From: Lytechinus pictus
Taxonomy: Eukaryota
Direction: 5' to 3'
Assembly: GCF_037042905.1 (NCBI RefSeq)
Contig: NC_087263.1
Span: 9,116,001 to 9,180,000 of the forward strand
Length of the DNA stretch: 64,000 nt
Part shown: positions 39,766-55,669 of the stretch, piece by piece
Position numbering within the stretch: position 1 is the stretch's first letter
Layout of the letters: each line of letters opens with the position of its first letter
Program-made: the position numbers and the translations under genes
Notes under the pieces: generated by a model
What the model saw: only the letters and a program-made list of their open reading frames with translations
Told to the model about the DNA's origin: nothing
Databases searched by the model: none

Positions 39766-39915
39766 AACTGTGAGATATTAAAGTCCCTGTAGCATAGGGC
39801 TTAGTATTTCTATGATTGATCATACACACTAATCAATGCAATCAATCGTAGAAATCACACAATGTCAATTGCTAAGCTTTATGCTACTGGGCCCTGAATA
39901 CTAAAAGAACTGTCA

Positions 39916-40154
39916 GGCCCGTATTCTGAAGTCGGGTTTAAAGTTGTGGTTCAAGTATGGATAGCCGATTGTGACATAATTCACTAACAGTACATATATG
40001 ATATTTCAGCTCATTTGACTCTAAAATCTTTCTCAATTTTCGAAGAAGTATGAAACATTCAATGTAATAAAAAATTTGACACTTATGGCTTCCCATAATT
40101 TTAGCACAGAGTTAGACCATGGTCTAAGTTAAACCTGACTTCAGAATACGGGCC
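39916..40154. mobile_element. Harbinger-like MITE
   Basis: GGCCCGTATTCTGAAGTC / GACTTCAGAATACGGGCC; TSD TCA. Confidence 0.85.
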
Positions 40155-40180
40155 TCAGAGTTTACAAACATAATATTTAA

Positions 40181-40730
40181 AGGGAAATCCAAACTTGGTC
40201 ATGAATAATGTCTGAAAATAAAATAGTGAAAGTTTGAAAGAAATTGGACAAGCAGTATTAAAGAAAGTTATAACTGTTCAAAATATTGAGATCCCTATTA
40301 AAGACTATGTAAATTTCAAAATGGCAAACTGGGCAAGTAAATTATGACACGGGGTAGGGACAAATTTCCCCTTGGCTATGCACATAATTCTCTAGGCCAG
40401 TGATAAAAAACACAGGTAGCATATTGTTCTATATCCTCATGAAAGAAAAATGTATAACTTGAAGTAAAACTTCTCTTAAAAAAATAAATTTTAGCCATTT
40501 TCTGTATTGGAGTATAAAGTTGAAGGGTAATCCTTGCCTTACAACACTATGACATCAACAATGCAGCCAATTTGAAGTCTCCATGGGTATTTGTGATTAC
40601 CAATTTTTACAACTTTTTAAAATCCATAACTTGAATTGTTGGTCCGATATTGTTCAAACTTTCACTTATCTATTTGTCTTAATTTTCTTTTTCCTCTAAA
40701 GTTAACTTTTTATTTGGGTAGAATTTCTCT
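40181..40730. mobile_element. Kolobok-like MITE; a related partial copy lies at ~51640-52058
   Basis: TTAA|AGGGAAATCC...GAATTTCTCT|TTAA. Confidence 0.7.
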
Positions 40731-41203
40731 TTAATATTTTTCATTTTTCCCTTTCACAGCAGATTCAGATCCAGTTTCATTAAGCAGCATCCTAAATCAA
40801 TCACAACATCAGGAAAGTGTTTCATAAAGCACCTTATCAGTGATTTTCTCTGATTAATTTGGACTGAGCCAATCAAATGCAAGGATTTCAGTAGCTTTTA
40901 ACAGCCAAAATCATTTTGTGTTTCATGAAATGCCCACAATAATTTCATGGAGGAATAATCCATAAAGATGCATACAAAAAACTGGAAAAAAAATATAGTG
41001 TATTATCGTGAATATTATCATGGAATTATCTAATCATACACTAGAACATATGTACATGTATGGATAAATGCAGTTTGATATGAAAATATTAATATCATGG
41101 ACATTTTATATGCTTACACATTTGATATAATGAATAGTTTCATCTATGCCATTTTATAACAAAATGAGGAGAGTACAGAGCAAAGATTTAAATTCATGGT
41201 TAA

Positions 41204-41804
41204 AGGCCAAGTCCACGTCAGAAAATGTTGATTTGAATCAATAGAGAAAAATCAGACAAGCATAATGCCGATAATTTCATCAAAATCGGATGTAAAATAA
41301 GAAAGTTATGACATTTTGAAATTTCGCTTATTTTTCACAGAATAGTTATATGCACAATTTAGTCACATGCAAATGAGAGAATCGATGATGTCCCTCACTA
41401 TTTCTTTTGTTTTTTATTGTTTGAATTATACAATATTAGATATATTATAATATTATACAGATTAGAAAATAAGGACCAACTTGCCTGAACCATAAAAGGT
41501 AAAGCAATGGTAATTCCGCATGTTCAGCGAAAAATAAAACTTTGTTTCACAGGACAATGAGGCGAAAATTAGAATATTTCACATGATAAAATACAAAAGA
41601 AATAGTGAGTGAGTGATGTCATCAGTTCCCTCATTTGCATACCGACTAGGATGTGCATATTACTGTTTTGTGAAATTAACCGAAACTTTAAAATGTCATA
41701 ACTTTCTTATTTTACATCCGATTTCAATGAAATTTTCAGTGGTAAGCTTGTTGGATTTTTCTCTTTTTATTCAAATCATCTTTTTGTTGGGGTGGACTTG
41801 TCCT
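41204..41804. mobile_element. Kolobok-like MITE
   Basis: TTAA|AGGCCAAGTCCAC...GTGGACTTGTCCT|TTAA with long imperfect inverted arms. Confidence 0.82.
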
Positions 41805-44107
41805 TTAATATTTTGGCTTACTTTTTCTTTCTTATGAATGGATGCTTTGCATTAAATTGTCAGTTTTGAAAAGGCCTGAAATGAATTGGACTTTGAAAGA
41901 ATATTTTACAGGAAAGATGTTTTTTTGCAGAATTTTGATAAATACAGCAGAAATGTCGGCACTAGTTATACATATCTCTTCCTCTCTCATTTCCCTCTTT
42001 TTTTTATTTTTTGATACTCTACATGTATCTTAATTCAGGATGATAACATGAATTTGACACTTTCAGAATGTAATGCAATTCATATTTGATACACCCATGC
42101 CAATAATGTAAGTTACCCTGACACCCAGTTGTTTTGAATACATTCAATTAAAAAAAAAAATCACAGCAAGAAACGAGCCCTCAACCAAACACACATTAAT
42201 TTCCAATATCCTGTGAAACTATGAGTCTAAATTTGTTTCCCTACGTCCATATTTTACGAACGTGACCCCCCCCCCTTTCCTTGTCCAATATGCACTCACA
42301 TGAAAATGACTTGTAAAATATCCTCAAAATGCACAGAAGTTAGCAAAACAAAAACATCTTTGATCATATATCCTATACAAAAAATTACCATTTTCTCTAA
42401 TACCACCATATATAACCATTGGCTCGACATGTAATTGCCAAGGAAGTAGAGTGTTTCCTTTCGAGGACACTTGTAATATTTTTTTAAGTAAGGAGATAAT
42501 CATCCCTTAAATGGGACACCATTCTTCTGTGGGATAATGTGTTAAAGTTGGTGCATTCTGTCTATACTAATAATAAGAAGAAGAATAGGCATTTGTATAG
42601 CGCCATCTATCTAGAAAGAATCTATTCCGAGGCGCACTGTTATTATCATTACCCCGGCTTTAGCTCGAGCTGCCTTTCAGCGCTCGTGCATTCAAGGAAT
42701 TAATCCTGCCGGGTATCCATTCACCTCACCTGGGTCGAGTGCAGCACAGTGTGGATAAATTTCTTCCTGAAGGAAAACACGCCATGGCTAGGATTCTAAA
42801 CCACGACCCTCGGTTTGAAAGGCGAGAGTCAGAGCCACTACACCATGGTGCGCCCACATCTATCTTTTTTTTAAATATATACACGTACAAAGGAGATCTT
42901 GGTTTTGAATTGGATACCTCGTGTGAGGTTTACCCATCATTATAATTTTTTTTAATGAGATAGGAAATTAAGAGACCTTCTTACTCAAGCACCAATCAGT
43001 ACACAAAACTGCTTCACCTAAAGATGAGACAGACGATCAGAAATTGGACAAAGTGGCCATATATTAATCTAGTAAACCACCATGAACATTTTACATTAAG
43101 TCTGAAAACATATGATCAAAGATATTTTCATTTCTTAATCATGGTATCTGCAAAATGCAAATATTCAATTCATAAACACAGCAAACCCCATATCAGTGTA
43201 CATGTATGTACCAATCCAACAAGCGAAGCTGGATACCCATTTTTGATGAAGAGCAAACATCATGTGAAAATACATACAAGGGATGGGAAAACACATAAAA
43301 TCGTATCTGAACTATACCTGGCCCCTCGGGACAAAAACTTGTCTAATAATCTCGTGGTTTGGAGTGTGGATTGCACTTAAATTCTTCAGAGATAAAAACA
43401 AACATAAATCAAATTTAATCCAATTTTGTTTATTCATTTTCAAAAAACTAATTTTTTTAATCTAATTAATTTATTCAATGAAAAATTATACACATTCTAC
43501 TAACACAAAAATTACTCAGAAAATAAAATTTTCTTCAGAGATAAAAACAGACATAAACCAAATTCAATCCAAATTTGGTATACGCATGTAAAAGCAGATG
43601 AAAATTAATTCCACAAATTATATATTTTCAATGAACACAAAAAGGGATTTGGATAAAAGAAAATTTGGTGATAACTATAGAAACAATTAAGCATTATGAG
43701 TTTATATAGCAATGAAATAAAAAATATCATATACCAATACTAATCATAATAAAGATATCATTAATATCATTAATATAGCATACATATTGAGGGTAATACA
43801 TGTATGCAAGCCATAAGGAATAGGTCAAGTAACATAATGTAACTAAATCCTCAGACTTGTTTCTGGTAAACTGATACTTGCTTTGAACAAGACCTACATG
43901 GTCCTGTGTCATACAAGTTACTCCAGACCATATGCATATGGCTTTATAATCTCATAGCGCCCTCCCTCAGAGGATACACCAATATGTGTAAATGGAGATG
44001 TGATAGCTACAGATCACAAGGCAATGGCATTAGCCTCCAAGATGGCGGCACGATGACGTCAATGCATAAGGTCTATTATGGTTAACGATTACTGGTATTA
44101 ATGGTAA

Positions 44108-44266
44108 TACCTTGGTCACATTTGCTCTACGGTGGCCGTACGGCGAGTCGAAAACAGCCGTTTTAACATTTTTCTACCATAGCAGATATAGGTGGTATGA
44201 ATAATAATAAAATGGCCGTTTTCGACTCGCCGTATGGCCGCCGTAGAGCAAATGTGACCGAGGTAT
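44108..44266. mobile_element. Short hairpin MITE
   Basis: ~55-bp near-perfect inverted arms (GGTCACATTTGCTCTACGG...CCGTAGAGCAAATGTGACC). Confidence 0.8.
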
Positions 44267-45279
44267 TACTGCCATCGTAATAATCCTCAACACCTAAATG
44301 TGCTAGGTGTGATGTGATATACTGCAGTTGTTCTCTTAATACTTATTCACTAACAGTTAAGAATCTGCTCTGGAATTATTAATCAAGGCTTCCATAGCAG
44401 TGGTGTATTCAAGGCCCATGTAGTTTTCTCTTAAAAACGGAATGGTCCTGTAAAGAAGCTTTGATTGCTTAGGTCCTTTCTAAGACCACTTCTCTTCAAA
44501 GAAATGTTATCAAATATAGTTGGCTATAAAGGTGTAGATTTTTTTCATATGAGCGATTGTCACCCATCAAACAAAATGTCATAGAGTTCTGGGGAGCATT
44601 TCATGGAACAAATAGTCAGTGATGTTCACTGACAACCATTATAAGCTACTGAAATCCTTGAATCTGATTGGTTCAGAGCAAATTAGTCAGTGAAAATCAG
44701 TGACAAGATTATTCGTGAAACACTCCCCTGAAATTTTGGCAGCTCTTTAACATTTGCCACACAATTTCTGTGACACGGAGCCTTCTTGGCCTTTTACTCT
44801 TCTTTACTTTACTCTTCAGAGTCGCTTTAGATTTTATCTTAATTGCTTGAAGTGTGCTCTCTATATTCTGATGACATTACCCGACTATCCCGGGAGCAAA
44901 GTTGAGGATAATGTGTGAAGACTTAAGACAAGAACGGTAGTTAGAAATAGGAGGGCAAAGGAATGATGAGCCCTTTGCATGCAAATGTTGCAAGTATACA
45001 CATTTGCATAATCGTATTCAGCAATCATAGTAATTAGCATTGGTGGTGACGATTGTATCTGAGAAGCTTACCATTGGCTCTTAACACCTTCATAGCAATG
45101 ACCAGCATCAATGGTGGAATAAGACAAGCATGATTGAAAGAAAATAGATAAACAACAATTGTCGCTATTATCACCTGAGAAACAATTCAGGGCGCAAAGA
45201 GATAAGAGTAATTTCTGCGCATCACTGAAGTTACGCCACAAATCTAAACGGCCTTTCCGTTTTAATCTAAGTCTCTTAC

Positions 45280-45476
45280 CATTCCATCTTCTTTGTCTTT
45301 GGAGGTCGGTGACGGGGGAAGACCGTCTGGATTCTCCGTTCTTCTCTTCTCCGCCTCCTCCTCCTTCAAGACCTTGAGCCACATCTCGTGGTTCTCCTTG
45401 AGATGCTTGGTCAAGATGCTGACCATCTTCCGGGTCTTCTGCTGGCCGGCGCTCTTCAACCTCAATTTAGTGTCAC
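45280..45476 (-). CDS. PDE3: PDE3 exon: (G)DTKLRLK...ILTKHLKENHEMWLKVLKEEE...KEDGM
   Basis: ttaag|GT acceptor and ATG|gtaag donor; 197 nt, phase 1-0. HLxxNHxMW matches the last helix of the PDE3 catalytic domain. Confidence 0.9.
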
Positions 45477-45841
45477 CTTAAAGTGATAGTAATAAAAATG
45501 AGTATTTGATTGATACAGCACAGAACTTTCAATTCAATTCAACTAAACATTTATTTTCTTCCATTTCATTACATTTTTCGTAAACATTATTTCATACAAA
45601 AATCAATTTGTTATGAAGAATATAAATATGTACATGTACATGTTGGCTTTAAAGAAGAAGGCGTATTCCCTAAAAGCTTAGGTTGCATATTCAGACCACT
45701 TTCCACAAATGAAGGTTTTGCACAGCGAACTACAACTCCATTTTCTTTAGGTTACCAATGAAACTTTGTTTTCTAAATAAAGCCACAAGACTGTTAGAGC
45801 TTAAATTTGATTAACATTTCACAACCCTAAGAGAATCTTAC

Positions 45842-45955
45842 CATCATTAGACTCTTCATCATTGTCATCGTCATCATCAACGTCGTCGTCGTCATTGTCT
45901 TTATCGCTGAAATCTCCCCTCTCGCTCTCTACCTTGGTTTCTGATTTTGCAGAAT
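45842..45955 (-). CDS. PDE3: PDE3 exon: acidic loop, (H)SAKSETKVESERGDFSDKDNDDDDVDDDDDNDEESND
   Basis: catag|AT acceptor and G|gtaag donor; 114 nt, phase 1-1. Phases match both neighbours, and PDE3 has an acidic stretch at this position. Confidence 0.88.
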
Positions 45956-46011
45956 CTATGAGAGAAAGGATAAAGTGCGAAGAATAAGGATAATTTAGTA
46001 ACAATAAATCT

Positions 46012-46368
46012 GGGGGGTGTTTCACAAAGACTCAAGTATGACTTAGAGTCGCACTTAAATGCCGATGCGTACATGACATGAAACACGCAATTTGCTTAAC
46101 CCTTTCCACGCGTACTTCGCACCAATGCACATTCGGTGCCGTGCGAACTTCGCATTTCACACTCAACAAACAATGCATTGTTTCCCTCCCTGAAAATAAT
46201 TCAGTACAGATGGGTTCGTGGTCCAGCGCACAAAGAGTTAATCCAAACGCAGTAGTGCGTGTCTTCTTGGCATGATCTGACCAATGCGGTCATGCCTTTT
46301 ATACTGCACGCAGCTAGGCATTTAAGAGTGACTCTAAGTCATACTTAAATCTTTGTGAAACACCCCCC
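46012..46368. mobile_element. MITE
   Basis: ~50-bp TIRs GGGGTGTTTCACAAAGA..AAGTATGACTTAGAGTC..ACTTAAATGCC and its reverse complement. Confidence 0.85.
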
Positions 46369-47074
46369 CCCCCCCCCTTGTTAGCTCTTTCCTGTGACAT
46401 CATGCTGACTTATACTCAGTGGGTGGTATTCTGGTAATTAACCTAGTAGGTTTAACCCTAGTCTAAACTAGAAGTTTAAACCACACTTCTGTACAATGCT
46501 GGGCTTATAATATTCATTCCATATTCATTGTAATCATAATGTATTAGTTGATTAATCAAAATTCATATTTTTGTAATCACTTTTCCTCTCAAACCATTTT
46601 AGTCTTCCTACACAAATAAAATTATAGGTTAATTTTTGTATCTGTATTATCCATTTTTCTCAAAAGACATTAAAAAAAAAAAAATAATATATAGGATTTG
46701 TATAGCGCACGTATCCACCTTGCTAGGTGCCCAAGGCACATATATTACCCCGGCTAAGCTAGTCTACCAATTCTGGTGTGCGCAGCTTTTTGGGGAATTA
46801 CTTCCTGCCGGTACCCATTTTCCTCACCTGGGTTGAGTGCAGCACAATGTGGATAAATTTCTTGCTGAAGGAAAACATGCCATGGCTTGGAATCGAACCC
46901 ACGTCCTTCAGATTGAAAGATGAGAATCTTAACCACTAGACCACGTATTATCAACACTGATCTCAAAAGACATAAACTAGATATTCATAACACACAGTCA
47001 ATTAGACAGCACACACAGTGTACATGTAGGTCCGTTTGCTCCCCGTTCAATGAATTGAAAATAAAATAATACTA

Positions 47075-47254
<180 letters not shown>

Positions 47255-47331
47255 CTATGGGGAGAATATGTTCATGTACAGTGTTTGAAAGGTATGGAAA
47301 AACATTCTCAAGTATCTAGTGGCAAACAGTT

Positions 47332-47580
47332 AATAATAATAATAATGATTAATTATAACGTTTTATTCACCCAAGGTAGCCACTTCAGTTAGAGACTACA
47401 CTACTAACGGCATAACACAATCATGATATGTAATTATTACCCTTCGCCAATCTAAATGCTGAGCGCCTTACAAGAAGGCAGAAGGTCCCATTTTATCAGT
47501 CTTTGGTATGGCTCGACCAGGGATCGAACCCACGACCTCCCGTTCATGAGGTGGGCGCTCTACCACTGAGCCACCATGTC
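47332..47580 (-). mobile_element. tRNA-derived SINE (second family)
   Basis: TGGCTCAGTGGTAGAGCG...GGTTCGATCCC head; (ATT)n tail; flanked by CAGTT repeats. Confidence 0.8.
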
Positions 47581-48120
47581 CAGTTGAGCAGCATATACAT
47601 TGAAAATTTGAATTAATTTGAAAGATTGTTGATAAGTTCTTTGCGTTTTTCAAGTTGGGGATTTCCGATCCGTATTAGGGGATAAAGGTTGGCCGAGTTG
47701 CCTTACCTCATCACCCTATGGAAAAAAATTCATGTGCATAATTTATGGCAATCACATGGGTAACTTATTCATCAAAACATTAAATGAATTTGAAGATTTT
47801 TTATGATTTCAAGGTGAGTTCAAGTTCATGTAAGGGAATACATGTACATGTACTTAGGCTCAGTAGCCATTCCTAACCACCCTATCAAAAAAGATATAAT
47901 GCGCTGTGTTGGAACGGTAATGGCAAGCAAGGTTCACATTCTAAAAATAATTTGTGGCAAACAGTTCAGCAACTTACATTTATACATTGAAAATTTGGAT
48001 TAATTTGATGATTTTTAATTATTTCATCCTTGATTATGGCTTTGACTTTGGCCTTTTACGATGCCAAACACAGGTAATCCTTCAATGGCTATATGTAATG
48101 TAAACACACAAATCATATGA

Positions 48121-49893
<1,773 letters not shown>

Positions 49894-50818
49894 CTAGTTA
49901 TGAAAAGAGGTTTTATAAGGAAACGGGTGTCATTGATAAATATAAAATATTTTATGCTCAGCTGTCTACCTGGTTACCTATTACTGATACTTTACTTTCT
50001 ATACATGCATCGTTGTTGATCCATCTTATTCAAATATTCACCATTGACTTTCTCTCATTTTACTGCTTTACTTCAAACAAACTTATCACCAAGTGGAAAT
50101 TCCCTTTCAAATAGGAGAGAGAATGAAACTAGAGAGAGAAAGAAAGAGCAAGAGAGTGCAAGAGTGACACAAATAGAAAAGATAAAGAGAGAGATAGAAT
50201 GTGCACAGAGGACAGGGAACATTACTAATAAAACCCATTTTTTAACGTGGAAAACAGAGCAAATACTGGGGCAAACAAAGTCTCAGGAGATTATTTGACA
50301 AGCAACAGTTTCACCGATTTATCATCAACCACAAACCAGCATGAAATTTGCAATAAAACTTGCCAAAGGCTCTGGGGAGTTAACCTTTTCATACCACAAA
50401 CCTCCCAAAAAGTAGCAATAAACTTGTGTGAGGATCGGGGTCTGGGGAGCTGAACTTTGTGTTTAACTCGACCAAAAAATAAAAAACACAATGTCAGAGT
50501 TTCATCATAAACCACAAACCTCCAAGAAATCTGCAATAAAACTTTCTTAAGGATCTGAAGAATTAACTTTTACATACCACAAACCTCATAGAAAGTTGGA
50601 AAAAATAAAATATCTTAGGGGGGTGTTGCAAGAAATATTTGCAATCAATTGCAATTTTCAGATGCAAATTTACGAGTGATAAGATAAATTTTAACCACAG
50701 CAAATCAATTTATATTTGTTGATGTAAGAAGCAAACCGTCAATCAGTTGCAAATTTTCAATGAAAAACATAACTTTCAATTGATTCTAGGACCTAAAATT
50801 GACTTGCGACCAATTTCA

Positions 50819-51061
<243 letters not shown>

Positions 51062-51805
51062 CTATGGGGAGGAGAATGGAGGGGGGGAGAAAGGGAAATG
51101 TGGATGAAGATCAATTTCATAAAATTCTACTGCTTGTCTATGACTTCATCTATCACTTCATCTGTTTAAGCTCCTAAGTGCATCATTTCCTTCTTTTTTC
51201 GTGTCGAACATCTAAAAGTACAAATAAATGTCAGATATTTGGCCAGAACCTGACACATTGCAAGGCTTCCTATTATGCAGCCATCAAGTATTTTTGGCAA
51301 CATTGCTCATTGAATAACAGCATCAACCAATCTACATCATCAGTTAGGCACTGTTGCCTGGTGGAAGTTACAGATTGATGCAGAGTTCAAGGCTCAAGCC
51401 CTGGTCACGTCTTTCTGATGATGACATTCAAGGAAAAATACTATGCAATTGATCAATTTAGAAAGTTACAAATTATTTAATGACAATACCCTAGGAGACT
51501 TCTAATTGACTGCCTTACAGATGTTATTTGCCCCAAAACCCAACCTGGCAAAAATGTACTTAATTTTAACATTATATTTGTCTTTCATGAGGACATAAAT
51601 ACAAAATTATTACTGCCCCAGGAGAATAGGCGCTTGGGAGAAAACCACATATCCCCGATAATGAAGTACATGGCCTAAGGAAAAGTTGTCCCTACAACTT
51701 GTCATAATGTACTTACCCAGTTGCCAATTTGAAGTTTACATAATCTCAGTGATCTCACATTCTAAAGCAACCATAACTTTCTTATTGCTTGTCTGATTTC
51801 TTTCA

Positions 51806-51966
51806 TGTCTGATTCTGTAACTTTTGAAGGTTTCCATGGCGAAGAAGAATAGTGTAGTAGGTTTCACGGTGCATCATGTATCTTTCTTGGGCAAGTGTTG
51901 GTCCTGAAAAGGACCACCCGATCACGACGTTTCAACAAGTGTGTTCTTGTCGTCTTCAGGGGAATA
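51806..51966 (-). mobile_element. Penelope-like remnant nested in a Kolobok-like MITE
   Basis: 14-bp TSD TCTGATTTCTTTCA (51792-51805 and 51967-51980); CTGAAGA-stem-GAAAC and GTCCTTTTCAGGAC motifs shared with 39402-39765. Confidence 0.6.
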
Positions 51967-52126
51967 TCTGATTTCTTTCAAACATTCACCTTTCTGTTTT
52001 TCTCAGTTTTTTACTCTCCCACACGTCATTTTATGACTAAAGTTGGATTCCCCTTTAATTGCTTGTATATCTTCTGTCGCAAGGCCCTATATATGTTTGA
52101 TCGTAACCCCACATGTAATTTTTTCA

Positions 52127-52405
<279 letters not shown>

Positions 52406-52774
52406 TTAGGGATCAACTAAAACTATAACTGTCGAAGACTGCATAACAAGAATGCATCATCGTGACTACAGTCATATAAAATGTATAATAATATATCCCC
52501 TCGAATGATAACAATTGCAGCGTCTTACTTGTTTTCCAACACATAACGTGGTTAAAGTCATTATGTTACCCAACTTCACACTATATTTTCATTGTTTAAT
52601 CAAAAGGTACATTTATAAAGACTAAATCTTCAGCACATGGGCCTATAATGGAAAATAATGTTTCAGAAATTATTGAATGATATGAAAATTTATGGTAATT
52701 TGCTTTCTTGGTGAGGTAAGACTTTACCAGAAAGCTGCAAATTGCAACCAATTCTTACCTCCCTTTATCAAAAT

Positions 52775-53642
52775 TTATTGATCTTTGCCACATTGTAGCC
52801 TTAATTATTTGAGGACCTCACCATCTTGTCTTCCCATGGGGTCAAGGTCATCTGGGATAACCTCTGTGAAACCAGAGATCTGCTGTTAGCTGTTGATAAA
52901 GACCACTTTTCTTTTCATCCTTCAGTAGTCTTTATAAACAGGTTTCACTGTTATTGATCTTTGCAACATTGTAATGAGCATTATTTGTTTTATTTGATGA
53001 CCTTACCATCTTGTCTTCCCATGGGGTCAAGGTCTTCTGGGTTAACCTGTGTGAACCAGGGATCTGCTGCCACCTGCTGATAATGACCACTTTTCTTTTC
53101 ATCCTTCAGTGGTCTTAATAAACAGGTTTTAACTGTTATTGATCTTTGCAACATTGTAATGTGCATTATTTGTTTTATTCTATTTGATGATCTTACCATC
53201 TTGTCTTCCCATGGGGTCAAGATCTTCTGGGTTAACCTGTGTGAAACCAGGGATCTGCTGTCACCTGCTGATAATGACCACTTTTCTTTTCATCCTTCAG
53301 TGGTCTTAATAAACAGGTTTTAACTGTTATTGATCTTTGCAACATTGTTATGTGCATTATTTGTTTTATTCTATTTGATGACCTTACCATCTTGTCTTCC
53401 CATGGGGTCAAGATCTTCTTGGTTAACCTGTGTGAAACCAGGGTTCTGCTGTCTACTGCTGATAAAGACCACTTTTCTTTTTATCCTTCAGTAGTCTTTA
53501 TAAACAGGTTTCACTGTTATTGATCTTTACAGCATTGTAATGTGCATTATTTGTTTTATTCTATTTGATGACCTTACCATCTTGTCTTCCCATGGGGTCA
53601 AGATCTTCTGGGTTAACCTGTGTGAAACCAGGGATCTGCTGC
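52775..53642 (-). repeat. Tandem array (185-191 bp units) of the 3' half of PDE3 exon 53578-53697 plus donor and a MITE end
   Basis: Copies of CAGCAGATCCCTGG...AGACAAGATG|gt end at 53388, 53197, 53007 and 52822. Confidence 0.95.
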
Positions 53643-53697
53643 GTTGACATGTAGTAACAGCCATGGAGGACGTCGGCAGCATGGATACGATTGTGGT
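53578..53697 (-). CDS. PDE3: PDE3 exon: (Y)HNRIHAADVLHGCYYMSTQQIPGFTQVNPEDLDPMGRQD
   Basis: ttcag|AC acceptor and G|gtaag donor; 120 nt, phase 1-1. Contains the class I PDE YHNxxHAADV metal-binding motif and the first half of the PDE3 insert. Confidence 0.95.
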
Positions 53698-54470
53698 CTG
53701 AAAGAAATGAAGATCAGAGATATTGGATTATGAATGAAATAATAACTTCCTTTAAAGCTTCGGTTCACGTTGTTTGCTTTTGCTTTCTGTTCAATCTTGC
53801 TCTTGCTCTTGATAAGTGGAAGATGAAAACATTTTGAGCATGCCCTTATTTGGCACCATTTTGGGATTTTGTGATTACAAAGGTAATGGTGGTGATAATG
53901 ATGATGATGGTGATGATAATGGTGATGATAATGATGATGATAATGATGATGATGATGATGATGGTGGTGATGGTGATGATGGTGGTGATGGGATGATGAT
54001 GATGATAATGATGATGATGATGATGATGGTGGTGGTGGAGATGATGATGGTGGTGATGATGATGATGACAATGAAAATAACAAAAATTCTTAATTTGTTT
54101 TGATGATTCATAACAAAAAGTGAGATGGGCATGGATTTTTGAAAATTCATCACAAATAAAAAGCATATTTCAGAAAAATCAATTATGAATATTCTAGATC
54201 TAATATCGTCCAGGCATTAAGTACCATCATGGTGATACCATTCATATCATCAATCAACAATTTTCTGCAAATAAATGTGTATACCTGCCACAGGGAATAC
54301 TTTTTTTCTGATATCGTATCACAATTTGCTCCACATTTTTTTATGACTGCTACACAAAATGTCCTTAATATAACATTTTTTCTAACAAAAGACTATACAG
54401 AACATTATTAAAAGTTTTTCTTTTCAAGAAATGCTAATTAAATTTATTAAAATTATTCCCTGAGTCACTA

Positions 54471-54880
<410 letters not shown>

Positions 54881-54976
54881 CAGGGTTGATTGTAACTTTT
54901 TGTACATGATTTGCCAGAGACTTACAATTATGACTGATTGTAAGATTGATTCCATCCTTTATGTAAAAGGGTCTTG

Positions 54977-55380
54977 GTGAGTGTTTAATAAAAATGTTCC
55001 TAATTTAAGAGCGACTTTAAGAATGACTGGTGAACCTTTCTTATGCTCTAAACCATCGCCAATGAACATTTTGGTATATAACATTTATCACAAGAAATGA
55101 TCACCAGTCGTTCTTAAAGTCGCTCGTAACTTACGATCAGCTTTTCATAAAGCTGTTCGTAAGTTAAGAGAGAATTTAAGAACGACGGGTGAACCTTTCT
55201 TACGCGCTAGACCATCGCATATGAACATTTGCTGTATATCATTTACCATGAGAAAGGATCACCAGTCGTTCTTAAAGTCGCTCTTAACTTATGAACAGCT
55301 TTATGAAATGGCCCCCTGGTGAGTGTTTAATAAAGCTGTTTGTTAGTTACAAGCAACTTGACAACAGACTGGTGATCCAC
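54977..55380. mobile_element. Cluster of tandem or nested short MITE copies
   Basis: Repeated AAGAGCGACTTTAAGAA.GACTGGTGA / TCACCAGTCGTTCTTAAAGTCGCTC inverted arms. Confidence 0.7.
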
Positions 55381-55515
55381 ACTACAGTAAAATAGGAAAC
55401 AAAAATAATCAAATACATGTATGTTTTATATGTCATTCTCCCCTCCCTTCTTTGTTCTCCCCCCCTTCTTTCTCCCCCCCCCCTTCTTTCCTTCATCCCC
55501 CCATCCCTCACTTAC

Positions 55516-55659
55516 TTGACTAAGTACTTGGTTGTCTGATAGTTCTGAGATTTGAAATATGGGGAAGTCCCATTCATCCAACCTTCCTAAGAGCTCCCGG
55601 CACTCTTCATGTGTTGGATCTAATTCTTCTATGGCTTCATCTGCTGCTAACTCATCATC
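55516..55659 (-). CDS. PDE3: PDE3 exon: start of catalytic domain, DDELAADE...[22 protein letters not shown]
   Basis: cgtag|GAT acceptor and CAA|gtaag donor; 144 nt, phase 0-0. Contains the PDE WxFPIF motif. Confidence 0.93.
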
Positions 55660-55669
55660 CTACGTACAG

